The notes under the pieces: generated by a model
What the model was told of the DNA's origin: nothing
Seen by the model: only the letters and a program-made list of their open reading frames with translations
The model's database searches: none
Made by a program: the position numbers and the translations under genes
In this document: piece by piece, positions 1 to 9,532 of the stretch
Position numbering within the stretch: the stretch's first letter is position 1
Layout: each line of letters begins with the position of its first letter
Source: a cyanobacterium endosymbiont of Epithemia turgida isolate EtSB Lake Yunoko
GTDB lineage: Bacteria > Cyanobacteriota > Cyanobacteriia > Cyanobacteriales > Microcystaceae
Direction: 5' to 3'
Assembly: GCF_000829235.1 (NCBI RefSeq)
Contig: NZ_AP012549.1
Span: forward strand, 750,001 to 782,000
DNA: 32,000 nucleotides

Positions 1-225
1 TAGTTACTTCTGATGATTCAAAAGAGAGAAAAAAATTACTACTAGCTACCATTTACAAGCCCAAAGGAGCAAGACTAAACAATCCTCTTAGATCTTTCAA
101 ATAATTCCCTATTATAAATAATCCAAACTTACGCTGATAAATCCATCCTCTTGTTTGCCTAAGTCTACTAAAACTTTACAATAGCGAATAGAACGACTGT
201 CTTAAGAATTTTTTCTGTCTAAAAT

Positions 226-943
226 TTATTGTTTAATGTGAGCAATTTAGTCCATTGGAAAACCGTCCATGGAACAAACGACATTACCAAAATAGCAACG
301 AGCATACCCCCAAGCTCCTTTGGTTCTGTCATTATGGGATTATAGGCGAATCTCAGTTTCTATATCCCTTAAATCAACTATCATACGTTGTGTTTTGGCG
401 AGAGCGTGAGGACTGACAAAATCGTGGTTGACCGTAACGTAAGAGCATTACATTCAAAATGACAGGCTCCACAGATAATACAGCTACTAGTTTGATTGAG
501 ATGTAATCACTCTTCAGTGGTTTGCCGGAATTCACGTTCAGAAATAGAATATGCTTTGACATTAAGGTATGGTTCTATAGCTTCTAATTTTTTTCCAAAA
601 AAAGACATGTCCACCACTCAACCCTTAACTACTGGAAGATTTTTGGGGTCAATGGTCATGGTTGACGGGTTTTGCTTCCCAGAGTATCCGAATTTTTCAA
701 GTTCACCACCCATATTTTCTTTGCAGGTAAGGGCAGAACGACCATTAATTTTCATGCTACAACTACCACAGATTGTAGCATGAAAATTTTTGCGAAAGGC
801 AAGGGTTCCATCTTTTTTCTATTTAATACAATTGAGGCAATCTAAAATAGTTGAGTTTGACTTCACGTATAAGCTATAAGTCCATAAATAAGGTATGTTA
901 TTTAACTTTTGTTTTGTCGTAGAATTTTAAATTGAACTTTTAT
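226..943 (-). pseudogene. sdhB: succinate dehydrogenase/fumarate reductase iron-sulfur subunit (SdhB) pseudogene
   Basis: Hand translation of the minus strand gives SdhB-like segments in shifting frames. These are (I)KVQFKILRQNKS*, YSLYVKSNSTILDCLNCIK*KKDGTLAFRKNFHATICGSCSMKINGRSALTCKENMGG, LPVVKG*VVDMSFFW, KLEAIEPYLNV..EREFRQTTEE*, NQTSSCIICGACHFECNAL and AWGYARCYFGNVVCSMDG. The start position is ATA (941..943). There is an in-frame TAA at 902..904, a TAG at 819..821 where homologues have Trp, and a TGA at 618..620, plus at least two frameshifts. Cluster-ligand Cys residues are replaced (NF-H instead of C-x4-C; FGN instead of FCN). Confidence 0.78.
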
Positions 944-1514
944 AGGGAAAATATAGGGTGATTTATCAGAAGGGAAGTAAGGATAACCCTATCTATTAGT
1001 TTAGTGCACCAACACATTCACTAAAATATCTTAATCATTGTTCCACTGCAGTCGCAGTAGAAATTATCGAAAGTCTACAATCTCTATGGAGTATCCTCTT
1101 CTTTAGCCTTCTTTTAAGAAGACAATTAAACGGTGAGGTTTTTAAAACTTCTGGGACAATTCCATAGATCGAAATCCTAGCAAATGATTCTGCGATCTTT
1201 AGATTTAATCCTGTCGTATACCCATAAGTATATTCCCCAAAACTCAGTATCACAAAGGTTATCCAGATTTGTAGAATCTAACTTTTAAAAACTTATTTTT
1301 AGACTGAGCAACTCAAATCCATCACGATCTTAGTGGTAAATTTTCTTGAGGGGAAGCACTTCTACTTGCATTTTGTCTCCTTGAACTGTCTGCTTCTCCC
1401 GTTCATAATTGTTGAAAATTTTCTTGATTTTATTAGGAAGATAACGCTATATTTTTGATATGATCAATAAAAGCAACGATCATTAAACTTCAATCAAGGA
1501 ACATTGATAACATC

Positions 1515-1910
1515 ATGACCGACAAACCAATCCCTTTAACGGGAAAAGCCCTACTTCAAAAAGTCAAAGAGCTATCCCACAAACCAAGGAGAGAAACAGC
1601 CAAAGATTGTGGCTATTACTCGGTTACAAAGGACGGGCAAGTCCGCGTTAATTTGACAGAGTTCTATGATGCAGTGTTGGGAGCAAAAGGAGTTCCTCTT
1701 GAGCCAGGAACTGCTAAAGATGGTCGAGGACGTGAACCCACCTACCGTGTAAGTGTCCACAAAAATGGTCAAATTGTCATCGGCTCAACATACACCCAAG
1801 AGATGGGATTGAAACCTGGAGATGAGTTTGAAATTAAATTAGGATACAAACACATTCACCTCAAACAAATTGGAGATGATGGAAGGGTTGTTGAGGAAGA
1901 AGCGGCTTAA
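1515..1910 (+). CDS. cyanobacterial AbrB-family transcriptional regulator (cyAbrB, CalA/Sll0359/Sll0822 type)
   Basis: This 131-aa ORF has the N-terminal region typical of cyAbrB proteins (LTGKALLQKVKEL..PRRETAKDCGYY). Its C-terminal SpoVT/AbrB-like swapped-hairpin segment reads YRVSVHKNGQIVIGSTYTQEMGLKPGDEFEIKLGYKHIHLKQ. It starts at ATG. Confidence 0.85.
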   Translation: MTDKPIPLTGKALLQKVKELSHKPRRETAKDCGYYSVTKDGQVRVNLTEFYDAVLGAKGVPLEPGTAKDGRGREPTYRVSVHKNGQIVIGSTYTQEMGLKPGDEFEIKLGYKHIHLKQIGDDGRVVEEEAA

Positions 1911-2177
1911 GAATTATTTGATCTAGACAAAGATTATAGAATCTCTTAAGCCTAAAAAACTCCATTGGATGGGTTTACATTCACCTGTTTTTATTAGGGT
2001 CTAATGGGTAATTAGTCCTAGAGTCCATCGTCTTACCCGGGGCGGCGTAATACAAAAAACAGACGTTAGCCCCCATAGATTTTTCTGCGAAACCTGTCCT
2101 AATTTAAATATTTTGCTAGGGTAGTGAGGATAGATTCTTCATTAAAAGATTATAGATAGACAGTATAAGGAGTAATT

Positions 2178-3014
2178 TTGTCATCTCAATTCTATTCTTG
2201 GATAATTTTGCTCCCAACTCTTTCTGGGACGGTAAAAGTGTGCCTCTTTCTAATCACTTGGTTTATGCTCTGGTTACCTTTGGCTTGGTCTATAGCTAAA
2301 AAAATTGGCTGGCAACCCTTTAGTCCTTTAGTGGGGTCAGAAAAACTCCCCCTTGTTATATCTCTCTATTTAACTGTTCCTTTTTTACTATGGCTAACTA
2401 TTTCAGTAGAAGGAACATCAATACCAGACTATGGAATAGAGTGGAAACTAACTTTTATAATTTCTTTACTTTTTGGAATAGGATTAGCAATTGCCGGTTT
2501 AGGAATTGCTTTTGGACTCGAAGGATGGTTTGGCCGGTTAATTTGGAAAAAAAATAATTTATATCATCTGGGTAAATTAGTCCTACCCTTATTAGGGTTA
2601 GGACTTTGGGTAGGAATTACTGAAGAATTAATCTTTCGGGGAGTTTTACTAAACTTACTACAACAAGACTATTCCCTAGAAGTAGCTGCTGTTATCTCTA
2701 GTGGCATTTTTGCTCTCTTACACCTACTATGGGAAAGACGAGAAACAATTCCTCAACTTCCTGGATTATGGATAATGGGTATGATTTTGGTGTGGTCCAA
2801 AATAATGAACGAGGGAAGCTTAGCGTTAGCATCGGGACTTCATGCAGGTTGGATTTGGGGGTTATCGTACATTGATGCGGCTGACTTGATTTCCTATTCT
2901 GATAAAGGAGCTGCTGAGATAGTTAGCTGGAAAAAACATCCTCTAGCCAGAGTATCCGGAATTCTTTGTCTGTTAGGAACAGGTTTAGTTTTATGGCAAT
3001 TTTCTTTATTTTAA
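2178..3014 (+). CDS. CPBP family (CAAX/Abi) intramembrane glutamic metalloprotease
   Basis: This is a 278-aa polytopic membrane protein with the CPBP signature motifs EELIFRG (ITEELIFRGVLLNLL) and FxxxH (SSGIFALLHLLW). A TTG start is preceded by AAGGAG at 2167..2172. Confidence 0.8.
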   Translation: MSSQFYSWIILLPTLSGTVKVCLFLITWFMLWLPLAWSIAKKIGWQPFSPLVGSEKLPLVISLYLTVPFLLWLTISVEGTSIPDYGIEWKLTFIISLLFGIGLAIAGLGIAFGLEGWFGRLIWKKNNLYHLGKLVLPLLGLGLWVGITEELIFRGVLLNLLQQDYSLEVAAVISSGIFALLHLLWERRETIPQLPGLWIMGMILVWSKIMNEGSLALASGLHAGWIWGLSYIDAADLISYSDKGAAEIVSWKKHPLARVSGILCLLGTGLVLWQFSLF

Positions 3015-3932
3015 TCTAAGAATTTTATTCAACTGAACTAGACAATAATTTGACTTTGAACTGAACTAAAATTTTTCGGGTTAATAAGCCTTCGACGGTA
3101 ATTTCTAAAAATCACTGTTTATATACCCAAAATACAGCTTAACACAATCAGTTATTACAATTTATATCAGGTTAGTTTAGCAATTGTTCGTCCTGTCCCA
3201 TGTCTTTATTATTAATAGGGTATGTTTCAGTCTACTTACTTTCTGTAGGAAGAGTTACTGAGCGAGCACTATCAAAATAGACTACCGTTTCTTCTTTTTT
3301 AGAACTTAATTTTTTTATAATTAATTTCATCCTTGGTTAATTATTGATAGAAGTTCATAATGTTAGTTTGATAATATATTTTATCAGATAAGTTTTTTCA
3401 AATTTAATATATAAAATGTCATCTATGACAATTATTTTTACAACTATAATGTAGAGAAAGTTAGTTAATTAAAATACTTAAAATAATTGTAAAGCTACTG
3501 AGATAATTGCTTTAATAGATCGATAAACTTTGATTGTAGCTTTATTAAAATACTGTTTCACCCTATCTTAAAAATTAATGTGTTTTAATAATTTATTCAA
3601 ATTTGTCTTGATCGAGATATAACTCATAAATATTTAATATTTTATCATTAAAATACACTTTTCTTACTTTGATTTAGGATAGTAGTTTGATGTTAAGAGG
3701 GTGATAGTTGAATTTTTAACGGTTCTACTAAACGTAAAAGAAGAGAAGACTGTGGTAAACTTTAGGTAACATAAAAATACCATATCAAATAACTATCAAT
3801 GTCAAAACCGCTCAAATTTAAACCAGCATTGATTAAATACCTATGATATTTTATTGAACTTGAACTGAATGATTTATCTCCTATAATAAAATGCATTATT
3901 AATTTTTATGTCAAGTTTTTAAGGTTAATCAA

Positions 3933-3977
3933 ATTAGGAATAGATTTATAGGGTTTCCCGAAAAATCTATTCCTAAT
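3933..3977. repeat. perfect 15-bp inverted repeat (hairpin-capable), function unknown
   Basis: ATTAGGAATAGATTT (3933..3947) and AAATCTATTCCTAAT (3963..3977) are exact reverse complements. The 15-nt loop contains GGGTTTCCC. It lies in the middle of an AT desert, and no T-run follows on either strand. Confidence 0.85.
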
Positions 3978-4847
3978 AATGTATTTGTTTCAACTACTCC
4001 ATATGCTAACCCTGCTGTAGTATTTTTATCAACATAGTCTCACTTGTTTAATAAACTAATACTGATATATATGGATCAACTAACAATAATAACTTTTAAC
4101 AATATCTACTGAAACGGTTATAATTGCAGATTTAAAGTTAAGAATTTATTATTATTTAAGTTGTTTGACTAACTTAGTTAAAGATTGTTTTTTAATCTAT
4201 TTAAAGATTAAAATTTTTTTATTCAAATTTTACAACAAATCTTAAACTTATGAGCTAATCCCTCGCTTAAATCTTTGAAAGAATCCAATATCTAAGCGGC
4301 GACATAGTATAAATTGGTTTTCGATTACTTGAAACTCAGTGATATCTTCTAAATAAAGTAAATTGGGAATTAATCAAAAGTTACCACTTAAATTAACAGA
4401 ATAGTTTTGAGAATTTTACACTTTTAGCCTATTCTGTAATTGGATTCCAGTAGGTGATGACAATATTGCTAGTTCAGAAGTATATGGGGTAAGATACGTT
4501 CATTAGGTCGAAAGAACCCCGGCTAAATCAAATATTTAAAAATTAGAACCAAGAACAATTTATTGAAGTTAAAATTCCTAACAATAAAGTTAAAAAGTTT
4601 AGATAACATATCGAATCAATATCTTTTAAAGATAAATTTAAGACTTATATTAGAACCTTTTTACATGGCGTAAAACTTCAAGAGAATGAGAAAAGCAAAC
4701 TAAACTCGGTTAGTGTCAGTTCACTCTTATACTGAACTGATTTTGTGGTTACCTAGGTTGTTAGGTGAATATATCTTGGATACCCTAAATAAAATCAAAA
4801 AAAGTGTTAGGGTTTTACAATGGATAGTGTTACTCGGAGGAAGAAAA

Positions 4848-5213
4848 GTGTTTACCCGACTAGCTCAACAACACCGCAACTTCGTGAGAGATTTAGTAAT
4901 TAATCTCCAAGCACTAGCGATTGTACTTGAAAAACAAGGTTATCTAGCTTCTTGCTATACTTGTGGTGGGCAGATGAACAGTGGTTCATTTATGGTTAGC
5001 CTAGGAGAAAACCATCTGATTCGCTTTCTGGTATCGGACTACGGAATTACCTGGACAGAGATGCGAGACGATCTTGAGCTAATGAAACTTGAAGGGGCGG
5101 AGGCCATCAGTCAATTGCAGGAGTTAGCTGATTTAGTTAAATATCAAATCGAGCCATCCAAGTCCAACACGCCAGACAATTCTACTCCTGAACCTCAGAT
5201 CCAATCGATTTAG
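4848..5213 (+). CDS. conserved hypothetical protein (small, cyanobacteria-like; function unknown)
   Basis: The ORF is open from a GTG at 4713 (166 aa). An in-frame GTG at 4848 is preceded by GGAGG (4836..4840), which gives a 121-aa product starting VFTRLAQQHRNFVRDLV... The sequence is well balanced and non-low-complexity (YLASCYTCGGQMNSGSFMVSLGENHLIRFLVSDYGITWTEMRDD). I cannot name a family with confidence. Confidence 0.55.
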   Translation: MFTRLAQQHRNFVRDLVINLQALAIVLEKQGYLASCYTCGGQMNSGSFMVSLGENHLIRFLVSDYGITWTEMRDDLELMKLEGAEAISQLQELADLVKYQIEPSKSNTPDNSTPEPQIQSI

Positions 5214-5244
5214 ACATTAGGAGATTCAGCGAAAGAAACATAAA

Positions 5245-5266
5245 CAAGAAAATATTCTTGATTTTA
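5245..5266. terminator. possible bidirectional terminator hairpin between convergent genes
   Basis: CAAGAA-AATA-TTCTTG (5245..5260) is followed by ATTTTAT on the plus strand and by TTTATGTTT on the minus strand. It lies between the 3' ends of the 4848..5213 ORF and pdhA. The stem is short and AT-rich, so the call is weak. Confidence 0.35.
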
Positions 5267-5299
5267 TCCTTAGACTATTCTCTGTTTTAGGGAAGCAAA

Positions 5300-6334
5300 T
5301 TATTTATCTTCAGCAAAAATATAGCGATAGAGCTCATTAACATCAGGTTCTGGACTATCTTGAGCAAATTGGACGGCTTGATCAATTTTCTCTTCGATCT
5401 GCTTTTTAATGTTCTCGAGTTCTTGATAATTAGCTAAATTCTGTTCTACTAAATAAGTAATAAATTTATCGATGGGATCTTGTTCTCCCCAAAATTCTTT
5501 TTCATCAGAAGATCTAAGTTCATCGGGATCAGCCAGAGAATGTCCTCGAAAACGATAAGTCAAAGCTTCAATTAAGGTGGGTCCTTCTCCGGCACGGGCG
5601 CGGGTGATAGCTTTTTGAGCAACACTACGAACAGCTAGTACGTCCATACCATTAACTTCTACGCCGGTCATATCAAAAACAGTAGCTTTTTGATATATTT
5701 CCGGTTGAGAGGTGGCCCGCTCATGAGCCATGCCGATCGCCCATTTGTTATTTTCAACAACATAAATAATTGGCAATTTCCATAATGAGGCCATATTTAA
5801 GCATTCGAAAAATTGACCATTATTGCTAGCTCCATCCCCAAAAAAGCACACAGTAACTTGATCAAATCTCTCATCTCCCATCATTTCCCTTCGATATTTA
5901 CTTTGGAAGGCTGCCCCTGTGGCTACAGGAATTCCTTCAGCGACAAAGGCATAACCACCTAAAAGTCGATGTTTAGCAGAAAATAAATGCATTGAACCTC
6001 CCCGTCCTTTGCTACATCCAGTCTCCTTGCCAAATAATTCTGCCATCACCTCGTGAGGGGGAACCCCACAACTAAGGGCATGAACATGATCACGATATGT
6101 ACTAGATACATAGTCTTCATTAGGACGCAAAGCTTTGATTATTCCAGTAGAAACTGCCTCTTGTCCATTGTACAGGTGAACAAAACCGAACATTTTACCC
6201 CGGTAATACATTTCAGCACACTTGTCTTCAAATAAGCGTCCTAACATCATGTCTTCATAAAGGATTAAACCTTCCTCTTTAGTAATTTTGACAGAAGCTG
6301 GGTTAAATTCTGGTAATGTTCGTTGGTAAATCAT
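5300..6334 (-). CDS. pdhA: pyruvate dehydrogenase E1 component alpha subunit
   Basis: Typical E1-alpha sequence is present: [23 protein letters not shown], the TPP-binding region [37 protein letters not shown], and [15 protein letters not shown]. The ORF is open to an ATG at 6370, but homologues start near M-x-x-(E/Q)RTLP, so the ATG at 6334 is favoured. Confidence 0.92.
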   Translation of the reverse strand: MIYQRTLPEFNPASVKITKEEGLILYEDMMLGRLFEDKCAEMYYRGKMFGFVHLYNGQEAVSTGIIKALRPNEDYVSSTYRDHVHALSCGVPPHEVMAELFGKETGCSKGRGGSMHLFSAKHRLLGGYAFVAEGIPVATGAAFQSKYRREMMGDERFDQVTVCFFGDGASNNGQFFECLNMASLWKLPIIYVVENNKWAIGMAHERATSQPEIYQKATVFDMTGVEVNGMDVLAVRSVAQKAITRARAGEGPTLIEALTYRFRGHSLADPDELRSSDEKEFWGEQDPIDKFITYLVEQNLANYQELENIKKQIEEKIDQAVQFAQDSPEPDVNELYRYIFAEDK

Positions 6335-6366
6335 AGATTTTGCAAGATTATGATAATTTATCAAGC

Positions 6367-6414
6367 CCATTAAGCGATTAAGGTTGACTTAGCTCAACCT
6401 TAATCGCTTAATGG
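6367..6414. repeat. perfect 21-bp-stem palindrome with a 6-nt loop in the divergent pdhA/zipN spacer
   Basis: CCATTAAGCGATTAAGGTTGA (6367..6387), loop CTTAGC, then TCAACCTTAATCGCTTAATGG (6394..6414). The arms are exact reverse complements. Confidence 0.9.
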
Positions 6415-6760
6415 CAAAAAATACTGACTTAGAAATTATAGAGGGAGATGAGATTTTTATCTTAAAATACTTATATGATTCTTGATAACTACAAGTTTTT
6501 ACTAAAAACCCCCAATAAACCCAATAGAGTTAACGTGGTTAGGACAAAGCGAATCTCTATGAAGGCTAAGATTGAGAGAGCTGGTAACTATTTTACTAAT
6601 TGGAATATTTTAGTTATAATCTTTCTCAGCTTTATCTATGGTTACCAGTCCCTAAATTTTTTCTGGAGCTTAAGTATCTTAAACTGGACGTGTATCCTAA
6701 CATAGGTTATCAAAATAAGAACAGATTTATTGTCTTGACCCGGCTCTGAGGAAATCAACC

Positions 6761-9052
6761 GTGCTCATTCCCCTCGACTACTACAGAATTTTAGGAGTTC
6801 TTCCCCAAGTAACAGATAAGCAGCTTAATCAGGCTTATCATGATCGCTGTCTGCAATCACCCCGCCGAGAATATAGCAAGATGGCGATTCTATCGCGGAA
6901 GCAACTGCTTACTCAAGCTTATGAAATATTATCGGACTCAGAACAAAGAGCTGCTCACGAGGCCTTGTGTCTAGAAAACACTTTTTCCGACAAATTAAAG
7001 TCTAATCCAGAAATTTCTTTAACTGGACAAGGGGAAGAAATCCTGCCTGATTCATCGCCATTAAAGCCTAAGATATTAGAAATTGCCCCTGAGCAGTGGA
7101 TAGGTTCTTTAATGATTCTCCAAGAGTTAGGAGAATATGAACTAGTCATTAAGTTTGGTGAAATTTTTCTTGAAACCTTGTCAAATCCTCGATCAGAGTT
7201 GCATTCTTCCATATGCAAGATTCAACCTGATGTTATTCTTACCATTGCCCTAGCTGCTTTAGAATTAAGCAGAGAACAGTGGCAACAAGAAGAATATGAA
7301 CAAGCCGGGATTTCAGGAGGAAAGGGACTCAGCATACTCCAAGAAAATTGTTTATTTCCCTCATTACAACTCGAAATTACCAAAGAACTTTATAAGTTAC
7401 GTCCCTACAGAATTCTGGAGTTGTTGGCTCAACCTAACAAAAATCGAGCTGATCGAGATCGAGGTAAAACTCTACTTCAAGAAATGTTAGAGGAAAGACA
7501 GGGAATTGATGGTCAAGGTGATGATCACTCTGGGCTTGGTATTGATGATTTTTTGCGGTTTATTCAACAACTAAGGACTTATCTGACAGCTTCTGAACAA
7601 GAAGATATTTTTTATCGTGAAACTAATTACAGATCGGCTGTAACTGCTTATTTAAGAGTATATTCTTTAATTGCCCGTGGTTTTGTTGAAAAACAACCTA
7701 CTTTCATTGTTGAAGCAAAAGGTATTCTTGACGGCTTAGAGAAACTTCAAGATGTCTCTTTAGAAAAAGGGATTTGTGCATTGCTCTTAGGAGAAACCCA
7801 GGAGGCTATCCTAGCATTAGAACAATGTGAGGATGAAGAAGTTTTAGCTTTTATTCGACAACAATCCCGAGGTGCGCCAGACCTTTTACCTGGATTGTGT
7901 TCATATGGGCAATATTGGTTACATACAGAAGTATTTTCTCATTTTCGTGATTTTAAGAAACGGACTGACTCTTTAGAAGATTATTTTGCTGATCAAGCAG
8001 TTCAAATTTACCTAGAACAAATATCCTTGGATTCTCAAAAGACTTCTTTTGAAGAGAAACAAGATGAAGAGAAACAAGAAAATGAAGTGATGTTTAGTAG
8101 AAAAATCTCTCGAAATGATTATGTCGTTCAAGAAAGAAGATCTTTCATCAAGGGACGACACTTAAGACAAACCCGCTTTCAACATCAAGAACCTCAGTTA
8201 CTCGTCAGTGGAGGTGGAGGTATTCCTACTATAGCTACAGCAGCTCCTGTCCCTAGGACTCCATATCGTCGCAGGTTTAGAGAAAATTCTTCGAGAGTAC
8301 CTAGAGATAAATCAGTTATTACAACCTCTTACCAAGATTCCCTTCGGAGAGCCGAAACTGACCGGTCCTTTAGTTTGCCGACAACAGCTGAAGAACTAGA
8401 ACAAAAGCCCCAATGTGGGTCATATAAACGAACCGATCCCTACAAAACTGGTAAAACAATCTTTAAATTTCGTCCTTGGTTCTTAGTGGTTACATCATTG
8501 ATAGTTTTAGGAGCAGTAGGATCATCGGTTAAATGGATTCAATATATTGTGTCTCCCTTGGTTGCTTTAGAGGAAGAACAACTGGTTTTGGAACTACGTC
8601 AACCCCCAATTGCAATTCCAGTGCCAGAAACTCAAATCAAAAAACAAATCAAAAATCAAACAGAAACCCTGACAATAGAAGATGCTAAACAAGTTGTTGA
8701 GATGTGGTTATTGAGTAAAGCTGATGCTTTTGGACTTAACCATAATCTTGAGTCATTGAATAACATTTTAACGACTCCTCTTCTTAGTCTATGGAAGGGG
8801 AGGGCGCAAAATCTTAAAAAATACCAAGAATATTGGCAATATAAGCATAATGTTACTATAAAATCTCTAAAAATTGTTGATAATAACCCAGATAAAGTTG
8901 TCGTTGAAGCTGATATTAGAGAAATCGCTAATTTTTACCAAGGTGGTCAACGAAATGCGAGTAGATCCTATGATGATCAACTGAAGGTTCGTTATGGGTT
9001 ACTCCGCAAGCAAAATAATTGGCTAATTGACTCCCTTGAACTTATTGATTAA
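6761..9052 (+). CDS. zipN: cell-division protein ZipN/Ftn2 (ARC6 homologue), J-domain containing
   Basis: The 763-aa product has an N-terminal DnaJ-like domain (DYYRILGVLPQVTDKQLNQAYHDR) and a long helical middle region. A single transmembrane segment follows (WFLVVTSLIVLGAVGSSV), then a C-terminal ARC6-type domain (IEDAKQVVEMWLLSKADAFG...WLIDSLELI). It starts at GTG. Confidence 0.8.
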   Translation: MLIPLDYYRILGVLPQVTDKQLNQAYHDRCLQSPRREYSKMAILSRKQLLTQAYEILSDSEQRAAHEALCLENTFSDKLKSNPEISLTGQGEEILPDSSPLKPKILEIAPEQWIGSLMILQELGEYELVIKFGEIFLETLSNPRSELHSSICKIQPDVILTIALAALELSREQWQQEEYEQAGISGGKGLSILQENCLFPSLQLEITKELYKLRPYRILELLAQPNKNRADRDRGKTLLQEMLEERQGIDGQGDDHSGLGIDDFLRFIQQLRTYLTASEQEDIFYRETNYRSAVTAYLRVYSLIARGFVEKQPTFIVEAKGILDGLEKLQDVSLEKGICALLLGETQEAILALEQCEDEEVLAFIRQQSRGAPDLLPGLCSYGQYWLHTEVFSHFRDFKKRTDSLEDYFADQAVQIYLEQISLDSQKTSFEEKQDEEKQENEVMFSRKISRNDYVVQERRSFIKGRHLRQTRFQHQEPQLLVSGGGGIPTIATAAPVPRTPYRRRFRENSSRVPRDKSVITTSYQDSLRRAETDRSFSLPTTAEELEQKPQCGSYKRTDPYKTGKTIFKFRPWFLVVTSLIVLGAVGSSVKWIQYIVSPLVALEEEQLVLELRQPPIAIPVPETQIKKQIKNQTETLTIEDAKQVVEMWLLSKADAFGLNHNLESLNNILTTPLLSLWKGRAQNLKKYQEYWQYKHNVTIKSLKIVDNNPDKVVVEADIREIANFYQGGQRNASRSYDDQLKVRYGLLRKQNNWLIDSLELID

Positions 9053-9223
9053 GAAACAATAAAAAGTAAATCTTTCTAGTTATTAAAGAATTATTTTGAC
9101 AAAAAGTAGGATAGCTGATATGCTAGAGAACTGTAACTAAACGAATTTATATCGGGAGAGCCAATAGTAGGATTGTTGGCCTATTTATTGTTGTAAAAAA
9201 ATAGGAGGTATAAGAGTTAATCA

Positions 9224-9406
9224 ATGACCCAAGTTGTCGTCGGTCAGAATGAGCCCATTGAATCTGCTTTGCGTCGGTTTAAGCGACAGGTTGCTAAAGC
9301 CGGAATCTATACAGATTATAAAAAGCATCAATTCTTTGAAACGCCGCAAGAGAAACGGAAGCGCAAAGAAGCGACTCGGAGAAGACAGCGATCACGCCGT
9401 CGTTAA
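9224..9406 (+). CDS. rpsU: 30S ribosomal protein S21
   Basis: The 60-aa product reads [28 protein letters not shown]...[23 protein letters not shown] lies upstream at about 9203..9208. Confidence 0.95.
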   Translation: MTQVVVGQNEPIESALRRFKRQVAKAGIYTDYKKHQFFETPQEKRKRKEATRRRQRSRRR

Positions 9407-9496
9407 GAGTCAGACTTGCAATATAGGCTATACCTTAGTTGGTTAAGTGTTCTTAAAATTGTTGATATATTCTGAAGAGTTCTATAGTGTCCATAA

Positions 9497-9527
9497 CCTC
9501 TCCCATTCAGGAGAGGATTGATTTTTT
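9497..9527 (+). terminator. rho-independent terminator of rpsU
   Basis: CCTCTCC (9497..9503), loop CATTCA, GGAGAGG (9510..9516), followed by ATTGATTTTTT. Confidence 0.7.
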
Positions 9528-9532
9528 GGGAA

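Noticed and set aside
374-783. Track ORFs 374..562 (-) and 496..783 (+).
   Set aside because: They are chance open frames over the sdhB relic. The SdhB-homologous reading runs in other frames of the minus strand and is interrupted by stops.
1035-1253. 72-aa minus-strand ORF upstream of the sdhB relic.
   Set aside because: It has no recognisable family, start context or RBS. It may be another gene fragment, but I cannot support any call.
1572-1772. ORFs antisense or out of frame inside well-supported genes: 1572..1772- in cyAbrB, 6053..6235+ in pdhA, 6955..7218- and 7296..7490+ in zipN, 9234..9446+ over rpsU, 15956..16255+ and 17450..17650+ in htpG, and 18130..18450- over the start of the 18224 ORF.
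   Set aside because: These are shadow ORFs within stronger, homology-supported CDSs.
1904-2085. Possible cyAbrB terminators: the 9-bp inverted repeat GGCTTAAGA/TCTTAAGCC at 1904..1952, and GGGGC...GCCCC at 2039..2073 followed by ATTTTTCT.
   Set aside because: The loops are very large (25 to 31 nt), and the first has no T-run. They are plausible but not well enough formed to call.
3232-3330. 32-aa minus-strand small ORF (MKLIIKKLSSKKEETVVYFDSARSVTLPTESK) in desert 1, considered as a possible small peptide or precursor gene.
   Set aside because: The AAGG abuts the ATG with no spacer, there is no neighbouring maturation gene, and I recognise no homology. Such ORFs are expected by chance.
4505-4530. 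AAAGAACCCCGGCTAAAT resembles the conserved ACAGAACCCGGCTTA segment of bacterial RNase P RNA.
   Set aside because: No GAGGAAAGTCC (CR-I) or other rnpB core elements occur nearby. The match is short and imperfect.
6475-6705. 76-aa ORF in the pdhA/zipN divergent spacer.
   Set aside because: Its composition is AT-rich and low complexity (Asn/Ile/Leu/Phe-rich). It has no RBS or homology, and it lies where the zipN promoter should be.
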